DNA from: an uncultured Planctomycetales bacterium
GTDB taxonomy: Bacteria; Planctomycetota; Phycisphaerae; UBA1845; JAFGLZ01
DNA length: 64,000 nt
Assembly: GCA_964390905.1 (NCBI GenBank)
Contig: CAYMLO010000010.1
Location: forward strand, 18,186 to 82,185
Reading direction: 5' to 3'
Shown here: positions 62,908 through 64,000 of the stretch, piece after piece
Layout of the letters: each line of letters starts with the position of its first letter
Position numbering within the stretch: position 1 is the first letter of the stretch
Position numbers and translations under genes: made by a program
Notes under the pieces: generated by a model
The model's input: only the letters and a program-made list of their open reading frames with translations
The model's database searches: none
Told to the model about the DNA's origin: nothing

Positions 62908-64000
62908 ATGTCACTTCATGTATCGCTAGTGGTCATACCGGTACTTTCGACGTCGGTGCTCGGCGGCGAGCGAAGCATCGCGCGCGTCGAGACCCGGGAC
63001 GGCGTCCCCGTGCTGGTGATCGACGGGAAGCCGTGTGCCCCGGTCATGTATCGGGAGAACTTCGCGCACAAGCATCGCGAATCGAGCATCGCCCATTACC
63101 AGCGTGTCGCGCGGGCCGGCGTACGGCTGTTTCTCTTCCCTGTCGGGCTTGGCCTGACGCAATCCCACGAGCAGCGCGTCAAGGGGTGGGACAGGAACTC
63201 GGGCCCCGTGCTCGAGCGGATGCTGCAGGCCGTCGGACCCGAGGCGCGGGTGATCCTGCTGGTCCCCACGACGGTGCGTCGCAGGTCGGCCAAGAAGTGG
63301 GCGGATGAGAATCCGGGCGAGATGATGGTCTGGCCGCCGGACATGAGGCGGGGGGATCGCGCGTCCATCTCGTCGCTCAAGGCGCGCAAGCTGGCCCACC
63401 AAGCCGTGGCCGACCTGGTCAAGTACATCGACCGGCAGCCCTATGCCAATCGCGTCGTCGGCTACTTCTTCTGCGGCGCAGGGGGCGAATGGCTCGACTA
63501 CTGGGACTACAGCCCGGCGGCGGAGGCCGGCTTTCGTCGTTGGCTGGCCGCACGCTACGGGAACGACGCAGCGCTGCAGAAGGCGTGGGGCGACGGGCAG
63601 GTGCGCCTGACATCCGCCAAGCTGCCGGCCTGGGACGAGCTGAATCGAGCGGATTCTGGGTTGTTCCATGACCCGTCGCGCAGCCGACGGGTGATCGACT
63701 TCATGCGGTTCTACCACGAAGACCTGGCCGCCGCGGCGTCCGAACTGGCGGCCGTGGCCAAGAAAGCCTGCAGAGGCACACGGCTGGTCGGTCTGTGGGG
63801 CGGGTACTACTTCTTCTCCAACTGGTCGGCCCCGATCAGCGGCACGTTCCGCCGGCGGCAGGGGGCGTTTGACCAGCTCGTCAAAGACCCCAACATCGAC
63901 TTCTTCATGGCCCCCTACAACTACCGCGAGCGGCATCCCGGAGGCGTCTACGTGCCGCAGTTTCTCAATGACACGATCCGGCTGCACGGCAAGCTGGCCC
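62908..64000 (+). CDS. Glycoside-hydrolase-like protein (GH42 beta-galactosidase-like pattern), 3' end beyond the window
   Basis: Absent from the track (no stop inside the window). Hand translation from ATG 62908: MSLHVSLVVIPVLSTSVLGGERSIARVETRDGVPVLVIDGKPCAPVMYRENF...YSPAAEAGFRRWLAARYGNDAALQKAWGD... stays open to position 64000. The W-L-x-x-x-Y-G-x-x-x-x-L-x-x-A-W block is typical of GH42-like enzymes. Confidence 0.5.
   Translation, partial: MSLHVSLVVIPVLSTSVLGGERSIARVETRDGVPVLVIDGKPCAPVMYRENFAHKHRESSIAHYQRVARAGVRLFLFPVGLGLTQSHEQRVKGWDRNSGPVLERMLQAVGPEARVILLVPTTVRRRSAKKWADENPGEMMVWPPDMRRGDRASISSLKARKLAHQAVADLVKYIDRQPYANRVVGYFFCGAGGEWLDYWDYSPAAEAGFRRWLAARYGNDAALQKAWGDGQVRLTSAKLPAWDELNRADSGLFHDPSRSRRVIDFMRFYHEDLAAAASELAAVAKKACRGTRLVGLWGGYYFFSNWSAPISGTFRRRQGAFDQLVKDPNIDFFMAPYNYRERHPGGVYVPQFLNDTIRLHGKLA

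Noticed and set aside
62990-63010. Apparent frameshift near 63000 in the final glycoside-hydrolase-like gene.
   Set aside because: It was a position-counting error on my part. Recounting shows one continuous frame from ATG 62908 to the window end (gac ggc gtc ccc gtg).

Overview
GC-rich bacterial chromosomal window, roughly two-thirds G+C by eye. Gene content looks Planctomycetota-like: a DUF1559 prepilin-type H-X9-DG protein, TAT-signal Gfo/Idh/MocA oxidoreductases, a sulfatase, ThuA, and many secreted glycan-active enzymes. I can support about 45 protein-coding genes. I saw no rRNA, tRNA, CRISPR array, transposase or integrase.

Recognisable housekeeping genes are folD (partial), mnmG, trkA/trkH, lpxK, pfkA and a cobA-hemD fusion. 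The rest is mostly transport (OPT, two MFS, an SSS symporter, two Dpp/Opp-type ABC ATPases), glycan and sulfated-sugar catabolism, and a two-component module (HTH-REC, HDOD-GAF-histidine kinase, REC).

Observations most worth follow-up:
1. 58010-59851: a compositionally foreign (lower GC, rare codons) single-gene island. It encodes a ~600-aa orphan protein whose C-terminal half looks like two tandem nucleoside-2-deoxyribosyltransferase/TIR-like modules.
2. 41967-47135: a tightly packed co-directional cassette. It holds two paralogous 2TM-module/zinc-ribbon membrane proteins (one with five modules), a radical SAM/SPASM enzyme, a Memo-like protein with an apparent PqqD/RRE-like N-terminal domain, and a Pnkp-type P-loop kinase translationally coupled to lpxK.
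3. A GNAT gene bracketed by two near-identical 54-bp double-hairpin repeats, splitting a dppD/dppF-type ATPase pair.
4. Several other palindromic or foldback intergenic elements, and an intragenic 96-bp tandem triplication.

All functional calls rest on motif and family recognition by eye. No database searches were run.
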